This document shows, in pieces, positions 19,356 to 30,800 of a stretch of DNA of 64,000 nt. The notes under the pieces are model-generated. The model saw nothing but the letters and a program-made list of their open reading frames with translations, ran no database searches and was not told where the DNA came from. Position 1 is the stretch's first letter. Each line of letters starts with the position of its first letter. A program made the translations under genes and the position numbers. The stretch comes from Rickettsiales bacterium (GTDB lineage Bacteria > Pseudomonadota > Alphaproteobacteria > Rickettsiales > JABSSG01), in contig JAGVLN010000008.1 of the NCBI GenBank assembly GCA_020049805.1, positions 4,904-68,903 on the forward strand, read 5' to 3'.

Positions 19356-20828
19356 TTGTTTTAAATATTCTTTATTAAGTAATTTTACATCAATAATCCA
19401 AATGATGGTTACAATTATAAATATTACCATTAATAAGGTAGAAATTGTTAAGTAGGTGGCTGCAGGAAAAATTATAAATAGCATTGATTGTAAAAACGCA
19501 GCTCCCGATTTAGCAAATCTTGCCCCAACCACATCTACTGCTGCCTTACCTTTAGATTTTAATTGATCATCTAGAGGTATGTAAGTCATTTCTTTAGTGG
19601 GATCAAATAATGCATATTTAGTTGATTTACCTAATACATTTTGAGCCATGCCTAAAAATACGGCTAATATTAAAGGATCAAAAATAAAGAAAGTTCCTAA
19701 GTACAAATTTACAATTTCATCAAACACTACAAATATAAAAAATGCGGTACCAGTTATAAAAAAAGTTAAAGGAGTAATAATTGCGGCTGTAAACCAACTA
19801 TATCTTTTTAATATAGTTGCTCCAATTAAAATGAATATCATGGATATACCACCAGTCCATTGATTAACTCCAGCCATAAAATATACATAGTCATCAGTAG
19901 AAGGGAAAAATTCTCTTACAGTAGCTTTCCATGGTCCTTCTAACAAATTCATAGTAATGCCATAACATAATACTAAAACTGCTATATATCCTAAATAGCG
20001 TGATGACATTATCACCTTAAAGCTTTCCAATAACGGCATTTTTTCTTCAGGGTGTTTTGTTTGAATTTGTTTTAAGTATTTCTCATCAGTGATCACATGG
20101 TGATTTACATGTTCGAATAGAGCTATAATTGCTAAAGTAGAGAATATAAGGACTGTCATCATTATTTGGACTAAAAAAACAGTATCTTCGTTAAATTGTG
20201 CTTGCAAAATTGTGGAAAACTTAATAGCGCTGCCAGCAATGAAAGTTCCAAAGCTGCCTATAAATGCAAACATAGGATAAAATCTTTTTGCTTCTTTAGT
20301 TTTAGTTACTTGGTTAGCAAATTGCCAAAACAGTAAGCCATTCATTACTGTCCATAATTCAGCTACCATATAGAAAATCGCATATAGCCATTTATTGTAG
20401 ACTAGGAAAAACCATTTAAAATGCGATAAGCTAATTTTACAGAAATTGAGATCTATATCTTGATCTAGTAATTGTTCAATCTGTTGGAGATTAGGATGAA
20501 TAAGGATTTCATTCGGATATAGTACAAAGCCAAATAATAAAAAGAAACAAATGAAGAATAAAGAAATATAAAAATAAATTTTTCTAAAATTCCAAATATC
20601 AGTCATTTTAGCGTAAATTATTACGAAAATAATAGCAGCTGGTACTACACAGAAGAATTTAATAAAACTAATGGCTTCAGCGCCAATATTTGGTACAACT
20701 AAGCTATCCTTGAAAGATCGTAAAGCATTATAATTGAATAAAGTGAAAAACAACATCAGAGACATGGGCAGGAATTTTTTTAGCTCTTCTTTCTTAATCG
20801 GCCAAATAAATTCTTTAATTTTACTCAT
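19344..20828 (-). CDS. tlc: ATP/ADP translocase (NTT/Tlc family nucleotide transporter), copy 2
   Basis: 494 aa with about 12 TM segments. N-terminus IWPIKKEELKKFLPMSLMLFF.LFNYNALRSFKDSLVV..IGAEAISF.K, and KGKAAVDVVGARFAKSG near the C-terminus, both characteristic of Rickettsia/Chlamydia Tlc/Npt. Confidence 0.9.
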   Translation of the reverse strand: MSKIKEFIWPIKKEELKKFLPMSLMLFFTLFNYNALRSFKDSLVVPNIGAEAISFIKFFCVVPAAIIFVIIYAKMTDIWNFRKIYFYISLFFICFFLLFGFVLYPNEILIHPNLQQIEQLLDQDIDLNFCKISLSHFKWFFLVYNKWLYAIFYMVAELWTVMNGLLFWQFANQVTKTKEAKRFYPMFAFIGSFGTFIAGSAIKFSTILQAQFNEDTVFLVQIMMTVLIFSTLAIIALFEHVNHHVITDEKYLKQIQTKHPEEKMPLLESFKVIMSSRYLGYIAVLVLCYGITMNLLEGPWKATVREFFPSTDDYVYFMAGVNQWTGGISMIFILIGATILKRYSWFTAAIITPLTFFITGTAFFIFVVFDEIVNLYLGTFFIFDPLILAVFLGMAQNVLGKSTKYALFDPTKEMTYIPLDDQLKSKGKAAVDVVGARFAKSGAAFLQSMLFIIFPAATYLTISTLLMVIFIIVTIIWIIDVKLLNKEYLKQLSL

Positions 20829-20902
20829 ACAGTATATGATGTCTCTAAAGACATAATTATGTAGCTGAAAATATTGAAGTAGTCAACTGTTAAATGAAAG
20901 CT

Positions 20903-20927
20903 GTATATTTATTTTAAATAAATATAC
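20903..20927. repeat. 25-nt perfect palindrome between the two tlc genes
   Basis: gtatatttattt-t-aaataaatatac has 12-nt arms around a single central base. It lies 42 nt downstream of the upstream tlc stop. It is all A/T apart from the terminal G/C pair. Confidence 0.6.
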
Positions 20928-20968
20928 TTCTTAATCGAAGTTGTTGAGTGTAAAGATCTTTAGCTAAA

Positions 20969-22483
20969 TCAATATTTGTTTTCATTCTTTTTAGCTTGAA
21001 GCAAGGAATTATAGGCGCGGTTTAATATTCTTAAATCTAATAACCATAGTATTAATACTATAATAAATATAATCATTAAATATGGTGCTATTGTAGTAAA
21101 AGTTGCGGTAGGGAAGAGCATAAATAATAGAGTTTGGACAAAAGCTCCACCAGATTTTGCTAACCTTGCTCCTACAACATCAACTGCGGCTTTACCTTTT
21201 GATTTTATTTCATCATCTGCAGGGATATAAGTCATTTCCTTGGTAGAGTCAAATAATGAATATTTAGTAGCTTTACTTAAAACGTTTTGAGCTGTGCCTA
21301 GCATCACTGCTATCCATAAAGGATCAAATATCATTATGGTAAGTTGGGTAGTGATATTGTCATCAAATACTATAAAACTAAAGAAACCTACGCCAGTAAC
21401 TAAAATCATGATAGGTGTCATCATTGCAGCAACATACCATCCATACGCTCTGAGTATGTTAGCACCTAAAATCATAAATATCATTGCGCATGCTCCGCTT
21501 AATTGGATTACATTACCCATGAAATGTGCATAATCTTTGGTGTTGGGATATAATTCGCCTATTTTGGCTTTCCATGGTCCTTCAACTAGATTGATCGAAA
21601 TACCATAACAAAAGATCAAGATTACTATATAGCCCAAATACTTTGAAGAAAAGATGACCTTGAATCCTTCCAATAAAGGTAATTTAGAGCGTATCCCTTC
21701 GGATTTGTTTGCTTTCCCTGCATAGCGTACTTTAGTCAAAACATTTGTATTAATGTATTTGAATAGTCCCATGGTGCAGATTAATGCAATAGAAGTAAAT
21801 ATCATGAATATAGTTATTAGTCCTTGATCTCCTTCCCCAAAAAATTCAGTATGACCATGGGAATAATATTTCACTAATGCACCTGATACCACTGGCCCAA
21901 TATGACCAATTAACCCAAACATAGGATAAAATCTTTTTGCTTCCTCAGTGCTCGTAGTTTGATTAGCAAACTGCCAGAACATTAAAAATATCATTGCTGA
22001 GCCCCAAAGTTCAGCGATGATATAAAATAGGGCAAAGGGCCATTTTCCAAAAATTAATAAAAACCATTTAAAGTGATCCATGCTAATCGTAAAAAAACCA
22101 AAATCAATAGAAGAGTTGATAAGAGCCTGGATTTTGGCACTACTAGGATTAATTAGCTCTTGGTTAGGGTATAAAATAAAGGCAAAAATCAAGAAAAACG
22201 CTAAGAAAAATATTGAAATGTAATAGAAGATTTTTTGAAAAGGTAAGATGCTAGTTAGTTTCGCATAAATAATTGTAAATAAAATAGCTGAAGGTACTAC
22301 AAAATATAATTTCACAAAACTTATAGCTTCAGCACCAATATTTGGAACTATTAGGCTATCTTTAAATGATCTTAGGGCATTATAATTAAATAATACGAAG
22401 AAAAGCATTAATGCCATAGGAAGGAATTTTCCTAATTCCTTTTTTTTAATCGGCCATAAAATTTCTCTTAGTTTCACTATCAC
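20969..22483 (-). CDS. tlc: ATP/ADP translocase (NTT/Tlc family nucleotide transporter), copy 1
   Basis: 504 aa, clearly paralogous to 19344..20828 and carrying the same signature blocks. It has an apparent GTG start 1 nt after the pntB stop. The first in-frame ATG would delete the conserved N-terminal block. Confidence 0.9.
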   Translation of the reverse strand: MIVKLREILWPIKKKELGKFLPMALMLFFVLFNYNALRSFKDSLIVPNIGAEAISFVKLYFVVPSAILFTIIYAKLTSILPFQKIFYYISIFFLAFFLIFAFILYPNQELINPSSAKIQALINSSIDFGFFTISMDHFKWFLLIFGKWPFALFYIIAELWGSAMIFLMFWQFANQTTSTEEAKRFYPMFGLIGHIGPVVSGALVKYYSHGHTEFFGEGDQGLITIFMIFTSIALICTMGLFKYINTNVLTKVRYAGKANKSEGIRSKLPLLEGFKVIFSSKYLGYIVILIFCYGISINLVEGPWKAKIGELYPNTKDYAHFMGNVIQLSGACAMIFMILGANILRAYGWYVAAMMTPIMILVTGVGFFSFIVFDDNITTQLTIMIFDPLWIAVMLGTAQNVLSKATKYSLFDSTKEMTYIPADDEIKSKGKAAVDVVGARLAKSGGAFVQTLLFMLFPTATFTTIAPYLMIIFIIVLILWLLDLRILNRAYNSLLQAKKNENKY

Positions 22484-22484
22484 T

Positions 22485-23879
22485 TTATAATTTCTCTGAT
22501 TCCTTTACTATATTTTCTAACATTTTTTTGGCATCACCAAATAACATTAATGTATTTTCTCTAAAGAACAATTCATTTTCTACGCCAGCATAGCCTGATG
22601 CCATACCTCTTTTTACAAATAATACCGTTTTGGCGTGTGCTACATCTAAAATTGGCATTCCATAAATTGGGCTAGATTTATCTGTTTTTGCTGCTGGGTT
22701 AGTAACGTCATTAGCTCCTATGACTAAAGCAACATCTGCTGATCCAAAATCACGATTTATATCTTCTAATTCAAAGACTTTATCGTAATTAATTCCTGCT
22801 TCAGCTAGTAAAACATTCATATGACCAGGCATACGTCCTGCTACTGGATGAATGGCATACCTTATGTTGACCCCATGGTTTTCTAATATTGTTTCCATCT
22901 CCTTAAGGGCATGTTGTGCTTGAGCTACAGCCATACCATATCCAGGTACAATTATTACTGATTTAGCATTATTTAGAAGAAAAGCAGCTTCTTCTGGGTT
23001 GCTTTGCTTAACCGCTTTTTCTTCACTGTTTATTTGCTGATTTTTTATTTCTTCACCACCAAAACCACCAAATATTACGTTTATTATAGATCTATTCATA
23101 GCTTTACACATTATATAACTTAGAATAGCGCCACTAGCACCAACAAGTGCACCAGTAATGATTAATAAGCTATTAGCAAGTGTAAAACCAATACCTGCTG
23201 CTGCCCATCCTGAATAGGAATTGAGCATAGAAATTACTACAGGCATGTCAGCACCGCCTATAGGTATAATCAATAATACTCCAAGTGCGGCTGCAATCAA
23301 TATTATTAAAATGAATAGGATATAAGATTCAGTGGCAAAGAATATTATCGAAAATATTAATAAGGTAGCTGCTAACAGTAAATTGACATAATTATGATAT
23401 TTTATTTTTATTGGTTTCCCTGACATCAATCCTTGTAACTTAGCAAAAGCTATGATCGATCCCGTGAATGTTATTGCCCCAATTGCAGCACCTAAGGCCA
23501 TTTCAATTAAATTAGATAATTTTAGATTTCCACTTAAGCCTAATCCATAATTTTCGGGATCTATCAAGGCGCTAAGGGCAATAAAAGTTGCCGCTAGACC
23601 AACTAAAGAATGAAAGCCGGCAACTAACTGAGGCATGTCAGTCATTTTGATTTTTTTAGCAATATACCATCCTATAGTACCGCCTATAATAATTCCGCTA
23701 AGGATTATAAATTTACTATGGACTATAGGGTTAAACATAGTGGCTAATATAGCAAGAGTCATAGCTATAATGCCGTAAAAATTACCTTGTCTTGCAGTTT
23801 GAGGGGAAGATAAGCCCTTTAACGACAAAATAAATAATACCCCTGAAATCAAATAAATTATAGAAATTAAGTTAGCCAT
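22485..23879 (-). CDS. pntB: NAD(P) transhydrogenase subunit beta
   Basis: 464 aa with a polytopic N-terminal half and a C-terminal NADP(H) domain ([23 protein letters not shown]). Confidence 0.96.
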   Translation of the reverse strand: MANLISIIYLISGVLFILSLKGLSSPQTARQGNFYGIIAMTLAILATMFNPIVHSKFIILSGIIIGGTIGWYIAKKIKMTDMPQLVAGFHSLVGLAATFIALSALIDPENYGLGLSGNLKLSNLIEMALGAAIGAITFTGSIIAFAKLQGLMSGKPIKIKYHNYVNLLLAATLLIFSIIFFATESYILFILIILIAAALGVLLIIPIGGADMPVVISMLNSYSGWAAAGIGFTLANSLLIITGALVGASGAILSYIMCKAMNRSIINVIFGGFGGEEIKNQQINSEEKAVKQSNPEEAAFLLNNAKSVIIVPGYGMAVAQAQHALKEMETILENHGVNIRYAIHPVAGRMPGHMNVLLAEAGINYDKVFELEDINRDFGSADVALVIGANDVTNPAAKTDKSSPIYGMPILDVAHAKTVLFVKRGMASGYAGVENELFFRENTLMLFGDAKKMLENIVKESEKL

Positions 23880-23883
23880 AAAA

Positions 23884-24279
23884 TTATTTTTTCTTAAACA
23901 TTTCTAACATTCTATTAGTAACAATAAAGCCACCAAATATATTGATTGAAGCAATAATCACTGCGACTAATCCTAAAAATTGACTGAAGCCAAAACCTTC
24001 AGGGCCAACAGCTATCATCGCTCCTATAATAATAATGCCTGATATTGCATTAGTAACTGCCATCAAAGGAGTGTGTAAAGAAGGTGTTACTTTCCATACA
24101 ACATAATAACCTATAAAACAAGATAATACAAAAATTGTTAAAGCGAAAATAAATGGATCAATAGAAGTTGCTCCCCCACTTGTTGGCATAACCATTAATT
24201 CATTAATTTTTTCTGATAATTTATAAGCCTCATCAGAAACTTGTTGGGCTTGTTTGGCTATGATCGCTATGTTACTCAT
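23884..24279 (-). CDS. pntAB: NAD(P) transhydrogenase subunit alpha, membrane part 2
   Basis: 131-aa hydrophobic protein lying between pntAA and pntB, the split-alpha arrangement typical of alphaproteobacteria. Confidence 0.9.
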   Translation of the reverse strand: MSNIAIIAKQAQQVSDEAYKLSEKINELMVMPTSGGATSIDPFIFALTIFVLSCFIGYYVVWKVTPSLHTPLMAVTNAISGIIIIGAMIAVGPEGFGFSQFLGLVAVIIASINIFGGFIVTNRMLEMFKKK

Positions 24280-24285
24280 ACATCT

Positions 24286-25434
24286 CTATTTAGCAATAAG
24301 TTTATTAATAGTTTTCCCTGCATGTGTAATGATACATGAATTTATTATTTCATCATCAAAATCTAATTTTATTTTTTTATTATCTTTATCATAAAGCATA
24401 GTGACTATGTTTAATAAATTACGTGAGTATAATCTGCTAGCTTCACATGCAATTCTAGAAGGATAATTAGTATGACCAATAATATGAACGCCGTTATGGT
24501 TAATAACCTCATCTGGTTTGGTTAATACGCAATTTCCGCCATTAACAGCCGCTAAATCTACTATTACTGAACCTTTACTCATTTCATCAACCATTTCTGT
24601 GGTTATAAGTTTAGGAGCTTCTTTTCCTGGTATTAAAGCTGTGGTTATTACTATATTTTGTTTTTTAATTGTCTCAGCTATAAGTTGAGCTTGTTTTTTC
24701 TTGTACTCTTGACTTACTTCTTGAGCATAGCCGCCTTTAGTTTCTAAATTTTGCTGTGTATCAGTTTTTACTTCAATAAAAGTTGCTCCTAAACTCTCTA
24801 CTTGTTCTTTAGCACTTGGCCTTACATCGAATGCTGAGACAATTGCTCCTAAACGTTTTGCGGTTGCAATTGCTTGTAATCCAGCTACGCCAGCGCCTAT
24901 AACTAATACCCTTGCTGGTGATGCTGTACCTGCTGCTGTCATCATCATTGGAAAAACTTTTTTGTATTTATACGCAGCATCAATTACTGCTCTATAACCT
25001 GAAAGATTACTTTGTGAAGAAAGTACATCCATAGATTGTGCACGAGTGATTCTAGGAAGTAGTTCTACTGAAAATGAGGTAATATGTTTTTTATTAAATT
25101 CTTTAAAGAGAGATTGATTATTATGCGGAGATAATATTCCTATAACGATTGCTCCTTCCTTTATGAAATTTAATTCATTATCTTTTTTATTGGAAGTTAT
25201 AGGTGAGGGTTGTACTTTTAAAATTATGTCAGCATCGCTAACTGTATCTGATATATTTTTGGTTATTTTAGCACCAGCTTCGCGATAATCAGCATCTGAG
25301 ATTTCAGATTCAGTACCTGCATCGCTTTCTACATGTACATCAAAGCCTAAATTGATTAAAGATTTTACGGTGTCTGAAGATGTTGCTACCCTCTTTTCGT
25401 GAACTGCTCTTTCTTTCAAAACAGCAACTTTCAT
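24286..25434 (-). CDS. pntAA: NAD(P) transhydrogenase subunit alpha, soluble part 1
   Basis: 382 aa. Alanine-dehydrogenase/PNT fold with VLVIGAGVAGLQAIATAKRLGA. Confidence 0.95.
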   Translation of the reverse strand: MKVAVLKERAVHEKRVATSSDTVKSLINLGFDVHVESDAGTESEISDADYREAGAKITKNISDTVSDADIILKVQPSPITSNKKDNELNFIKEGAIVIGILSPHNNQSLFKEFNKKHITSFSVELLPRITRAQSMDVLSSQSNLSGYRAVIDAAYKYKKVFPMMMTAAGTASPARVLVIGAGVAGLQAIATAKRLGAIVSAFDVRPSAKEQVESLGATFIEVKTDTQQNLETKGGYAQEVSQEYKKKQAQLIAETIKKQNIVITTALIPGKEAPKLITTEMVDEMSKGSVIVDLAAVNGGNCVLTKPDEVINHNGVHIIGHTNYPSRIACEASRLYSRNLLNIVTMLYDKDNKKIKLDFDDEIINSCIITHAGKTINKLIAK

Positions 25435-25480
25435 TCCGTTACTCTCATTAATGATTATTTATTTCAATGCTTATTAAATT

Positions 25481-25508
25481 AATATACTAAGAGTTACTTG
25501 CTTGGCAA
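25481..25508 (-). promoter_or_regulatory. candidate sigma-70 promoter of the pnt(-tlc) operon
   Basis: The minus strand reads TTGCCA-16 nt-TATATT, each hexamer matching consensus at 5 of 6 positions. The -10 hexamer ends about 46 nt upstream of the pntAA ATG. Sequence match only. Confidence 0.35.
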
Positions 25509-25611
25509 GAAGTAAATATAAAAATTTAAATATTATTCGAGCTAGAGACATAAAAACTTATTGCCATTTATAAAATTGTTGTTAAGTTGTTTAATAACAT
25601 TAAGTAACAGA

Positions 25612-25688
<77 letters not shown>

Positions 25689-25691
25689 AAT

Positions 25692-26474
25692 TTATTTAGT
25701 CCCATAAAAAGTAACAATTTCAAAAGTAGCAAGTAATTTTCCATTTTCGCTATATTTCTCTTGATAGATGGAATTAGCTAGATCTATAGTGTTACGAGAT
25801 AGAGGTGGAAGATGGCCAAGACAATTTGATTGAGCCATACCCTGAAGGTCAGACATTAAGTGATTTAAATTTGTATAAGAAACAGTTAGAGTAATACTAT
25901 CTGTTACTGGTTTTAAGAATTTTGTTCTTTGAAGCAGTGTAGCAGCATCTGCAGCATCAATCATTGGTGAGATATGGGATGCTACCGGATGATTTAATAT
26001 TCCTTCAGCTTCTATTAGCACTTTGCGCAATTCAATTAAACTTTTACCACCAATAATCGAGCCGATAAATATACCTTGAGGTTTAAGTATTCTATTAATT
26101 TGTGAAAGTGTTCCAGGTAAATCATTTACCCAGTGAAGGTTTAAATTGCTGACAACTAAGTCGAAAATATTCTCTGTGAATGGCAATAATTCTTCATCAA
26201 GTTGAACTCTGTTTCCAAAAGTGCTTTGAAGCATTTTAAAAGAAATATCAGCTTGAATTAAATTCTCTATAACCAAGTTATTATTTAAAAGTTTTTTTGA
26301 GAATTGCCCTGTGCCACAGCCAAGATCTAGTGCTAGGCTATATGTTTTATTGTGATCTTGGATTCGTTCTAATAGATCTTGTAATGTATGGTTTAAAAGA
26401 AAATCATGTTGATGAAAATTACTAACTGCTCGATCACGATGGAGTTTTACTAGTTTTCTATTATATATTAGCAT
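25692..26474 (-). CDS. class I SAM-dependent methyltransferase (BioC/NDUFAF5-like)
   Basis: 260 aa. SAM motif I LDLGCGTG and post-I/II acidic residues. Overall layout resembles the BioC-like methyltransferases of alphaproteobacteria. Confidence 0.75.
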   Translation of the reverse strand: MLIYNRKLVKLHRDRAVSNFHQHDFLLNHTLQDLLERIQDHNKTYSLALDLGCGTGQFSKKLLNNNLVIENLIQADISFKMLQSTFGNRVQLDEELLPFTENIFDLVVSNLNLHWVNDLPGTLSQINRILKPQGIFIGSIIGGKSLIELRKVLIEAEGILNHPVASHISPMIDAADAATLLQRTKFLKPVTDSITLTVSYTNLNHLMSDLQGMAQSNCLGHLPPLSRNTIDLANSIYQEKYSENGKLLATFEIVTFYGTK

Positions 26475-26479
26475 TTTAA

Positions 26480-27238
26480 TTAGCGAATAAAAATATATTG
26501 CTTTTCATTAGAAAGTTTGTCTTTAAATTTATAACCTGCTTCGTTAAAGAGTTGTAAACCTTCATGATGAGTAATTTTATTTTTAATAATAAAATTGGTC
26601 ATTAATCCTCTAGCTTTTTTGGCAAATAATCCAATAATTTTATATTCATTATCGCGTTTTTCTTTGAAAATTACGGTAATCAGTTTGGCAGTTATCTTAT
26701 CTTGATTTATAGCATCAAAATATTCATTTGATGCTAAATTAATTAAATAATTATTATGATCGGCTAATTTATTGATTTCATTAGTAATTTTATCATCCCA
26801 AAATTGATATAAATCATTTCCATGAGGGGTTTTTAGTTTTATACCCATTTCTAAACGATAAGGTTGAATTAAATCTAGTGGTCTAAGTAAGCCATATAAA
26901 CCAGATAAGATACGTAAATGTTGTTGGGCAAAATTAAAATCTTCTTTAGTATAATTATTTACATCCAAGCCTTCATAAACATCTCCTTTAAAGCTTAGAA
27001 TAGATGGTTTAGCATTATTTAAAGTAAATTGTTTTTGAAATTTCTGATAACGTTCATAATTCAATTTTGCTAAGGATTCACTGATGCCCATTAATAATTT
27101 CAATTCAGCAACAGATTTTTGGCTTAATATTTTAACTAATTCTATAATTTCATTATTAAATATAGGGGTAGTATAAGCCAGGTTTAATTTTGTTTGGCTA
27201 AAATCCTGAGTTTTGGAAGGGGATATAACAACAATCAT
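26480..27238 (-). CDS. yaaA: peroxide stress protein YaaA (DUF328/UPF0246)
   Basis: 252 aa. N-terminus MIVVISPSKTQDF, then GDVY.GL and LRILSGLYGLLRP.D.I.PYRLEM, as in YaaA. Confidence 0.85.
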   Translation of the reverse strand: MIVVISPSKTQDFSQTKLNLAYTTPIFNNEIIELVKILSQKSVAELKLLMGISESLAKLNYERYQKFQKQFTLNNAKPSILSFKGDVYEGLDVNNYTKEDFNFAQQHLRILSGLYGLLRPLDLIQPYRLEMGIKLKTPHGNDLYQFWDDKITNEINKLADHNNYLINLASNEYFDAINQDKITAKLITVIFKEKRDNEYKIIGLFAKKARGLMTNFIIKNKITHHEGLQLFNEAGYKFKDKLSNEKQYIFIR

Positions 27239-27395
27239 GAGTATCTTATACTAATTCTATTTTAACACACATTAAAACAATAAATATTAACTTATTCAAT
27301 CTAAAAGATAATAGTTGATTTACAATTCTTATAATGAAGATATATTTTAATTGATAAAGTAAGTTAGATTTAAATTTAGTAAGTAAGAAAAAGTA

Positions 27396-27887
27396 GTGAA
27401 GACGTTATATTTATTAAGGCATGCTGACGCAGAGAAGCTTAATCTAAATAGTGATTTTAATAGAATAGTCAGCATAAAAGGTATTAAAGAAGTTGAGCAA
27501 TTATCAATATTTTTGCAGAAAAAAAATTTATATATTGATGAAGTAATTTGCTCTCCAGCTATCCGAACCAAACAAACTTGGGAATACCTCAACGACAAAC
27601 TCAAGTTTCAGATTAAAGTGACATTTCCTGATAAGTTATATAATATCTCTGTCCAGGATATGGTAAACTTACTGCAAAATATTAGCGATCAAAGCAATTC
27701 AGTTTTGCTTGTGGGCCATAATCCCACTATTAGTCAAATTGCTAATGAATTACTTAATAACCAACCTAATACGCTTAGTTTAGGAACTTGTAATATTGTT
27801 TGTATTAGTTTTGATGTTGCAAGTTGGCAAGAAATTACCGATAATCCTGGTAAACTTGAATGGTTATATTCAGCTAGTAATGGATAA
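27396..27887 (+). CDS. sixA: phosphohistidine phosphatase SixA (histidine phosphatase superfamily)
   Basis: 163 aa. LYLLRHADAE (RHG-type catalytic motif), SPA.RT.QT and LLVGHNP. GTG start. Confidence 0.75.
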   Translation: MKTLYLLRHADAEKLNLNSDFNRIVSIKGIKEVEQLSIFLQKKNLYIDEVICSPAIRTKQTWEYLNDKLKFQIKVTFPDKLYNISVQDMVNLLQNISDQSNSVLLVGHNPTISQIANELLNNQPNTLSLGTCNIVCISFDVASWQEITDNPGKLEWLYSASNG

Positions 27888-30800
27888 CACAGAAATTGCT
27901 TCAAATCCTCTTTATAATATTTGGATTTCTGCGTCGGCAGGATCTGGTAAAACTAAATTATTGACCGATCGAGTATTACGATTATTGCTTGCAGGGGTTA
28001 ATCCTGCAAAAATCTTATGTTTAACTTATACTAAAGCAGCTGCAGCTGAGATGTTGCACAGGATTACATCTGAGCTTAGTAACTGGATTACATTAGATGA
28101 TACAAAGCTGCATTCTCAAATTTTGACATTAACAGGTACAGAACCAAACGTTGAAATACTTAAGTTTGCTAGGACTTTATTAATTAGTATTTTAGATTCT
28201 AAGTACACTATTAAAATCCAAACTATACATTCATTCTGCCAATCAATAATTGCTAAATTTCCTATTGAAGCAGGGGTAAATTTAAAAACCCAAATTCTTG
28301 ATGAGTATCAGAAACAAATTTTATTATCTCAGGCTACTCAAAATTTACTTAAAAGCTATAATCAAAGTGCTGGACAACAGCTGACGTTAAAACCTTTATT
28401 AAATAATATACATGAATTCAGTTTTTATTCACTTGTGGAAAATGCATTATTATATAGACACAAGGTAAAGGATATTTTACAGCTAGGTAAAGATAGCGAT
28501 ATTATTAGGGAAGTTTATAATAGATTTGGAATAGATTACACTGGATCTACAGAAGAAATATTTAAAGAGTTTGCCTCTATTTATGATAAATTGATAAGTT
28601 GTTACGAAAATATACTTAAGACTATTTTGCTAGAAGAAGAAAAACCATTTTTAGTGGTTTTATTAGAATTTTATAACGCGTCTTTAGAGGAAAAACAAAA
28701 AATATTTTCAAAGCTATATGAGTCTTTTTATACTACTAATCATAGTTTTCGTAAAATTTTACTAAGTAATAAATTAGTTGAACAATATAGCTTAGAGGAT
28801 TTTATATTTCAGTTGCGAAATATAGTAGCTGATTATGTGGAACTAAGTAATACATATAAAATTGCGGAATATACCTCGAGCTTTGTTTATTTGATCTATT
28901 TAGTACACCATCATTATGAAGAGCTTAAAAAGGAAGGCTCTTATATGGACTATGATGATTTAATCAATACTACTCTAAAATTATTAAGTTCAGAGCAGTT
29001 TTTACAATGGGTTGCCTTTAAATTAGACAATAAAATTGAGCATCTACTAGTTGATGAAAGTCAAGATGTTAGTTTAGATCAGTGGCAGATTATTACCTCT
29101 TTAACTGAAAACTTTTTTTATGATTTAGGGCAAAATAATATGCCACGCACTATATTTTGTGTAGGAGATCAAAAGCAATCTATTTTTAGTTTTCAGGGCG
29201 CAGATCCTAGATTATTTAGTAGTATAAAAAATCAGTATCATGAATATACTTCAACATTTGATATTAAATTACATAATATTACGTTGAATAAGTCTTTTCG
29301 CTCTGGAATCGCTATTCTTCAAGCTGTTGATGCTACATTTAACCAATTGATTTTGAATAATCCCCAAGCTTTTGTTGAAAATTATGTTAATCATATAGCT
29401 CATAAAATAAACATATCTAGCAGGGTAGAAGTATGGCCAGCTGTTTTATATAAGAAACAAACTTCAAAAGAAGGTTATACTTGGCAGTTTAATGTAGAAC
29501 GATGTGAAGTATATGATCCAGCAAAAATTTTGGCTAATGTTATCGCTAATGAAATTAAGCATTGGTTAAAGCAACCTAGTCAAATTCAACCTCAAGATAT
29601 TATGATTCTTGTTCGCAAACGTGATAGATTTAGTGAATATTTAGTTAGGTCCTTACGTCATAATGATATACCGATTACTGGTCTTGATCGTATTAAATTA
29701 TTTAATAACATTGTTATTAAAGACTTAATTGCCCTAGGTAATTTTATTCTATTACCTCATGATGATTATAATCTGGCTTCTTTATTAAAATCTCCGCTTA
29801 TTAACTTAACTGCTGAGCAATTATTTTTATTGTCACAGAGAGAAAATAGGAGTTTATGGCAAAACCTAAAATTATTGGCTAATAGTAATGATGAGTTTTC
29901 TAGGATTTATTTGTTTTTAGATAGTATTTTAAGTACTTATTCTATGCAGGTGTATAATTTATACGCATATATATTAGAAACTAAGGAACTTCGTAAGAAT
30001 ATTATTGCAAGGTTTGGTATTCATATTAATGAAATTTTAGATGAATTTTTAAATATATGCTTAGAATATGAACAGAAGGAGAATAAATCATTACAACAAT
30101 TTCTTCAGTGGTTTGCAACTAGTAATGTTGAAATAAAACGAGAAATAGATACTAACATTAATTCTGTAAGAATTATGACAGTACATGCGGCCAAAGGTTT
30201 ACAAGCAAAAATAGTTATTATAGCAGACACATTAGGGTTACCTAAACATCATAAACAAGTGATCTGGTCAGAAGAGTTAAACTTACCTATATATAATGGG
30301 AACGGGCAAAATAATAATAAACTTTATAATGATACTATTTCTGAGATAGAAACGCACTCTCTTCAAGAATATTATAGATTATTATATGTTGCTATGACAA
30401 GAGCTCAGGAAAAACTAGTGATGTGTGGCTGGAGTATGTATGATAATATTTCTAATAATTCATGGTACAATGTTGTTAAATTAGGGGTACAAAATATTGG
30501 ACAAATTGAATCTTGTAATTCCCTAGGGGAGTATGAGATTATTGCCGATTCTATGACTACGGGTACTCCTTATTTTTATTCAAATACTAAAGAAAAAATC
30601 ATTCTGGAAAATAAGGGGCAGGTTAGCGACCATAAAGTAGATATAAATGATGATCACAGAAGAAGCTCTGATTTACCAGAGTGCATTTTATCCAAACCAA
30701 ATCCTAGTGGTAACAAGAAACACATATCTGCTTCTCATTTAAGGAGTAGTAAATTTTTATACTCTCCTTTAGATTTTAATTCTGATGCTAATTTCGGTAA

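Noticed and set aside
27796-27879. Upstream 28-codon extension of addA given in the ORF track
   Set aside because: The extension (MFVLVLMLQVGKKLPIILVNLNGYIQLV) lies inside sixA and is not AddA-like. The conserved AddA N-terminus starts at MDNTEIASNP...SASAGSGKT (ATG 27880).
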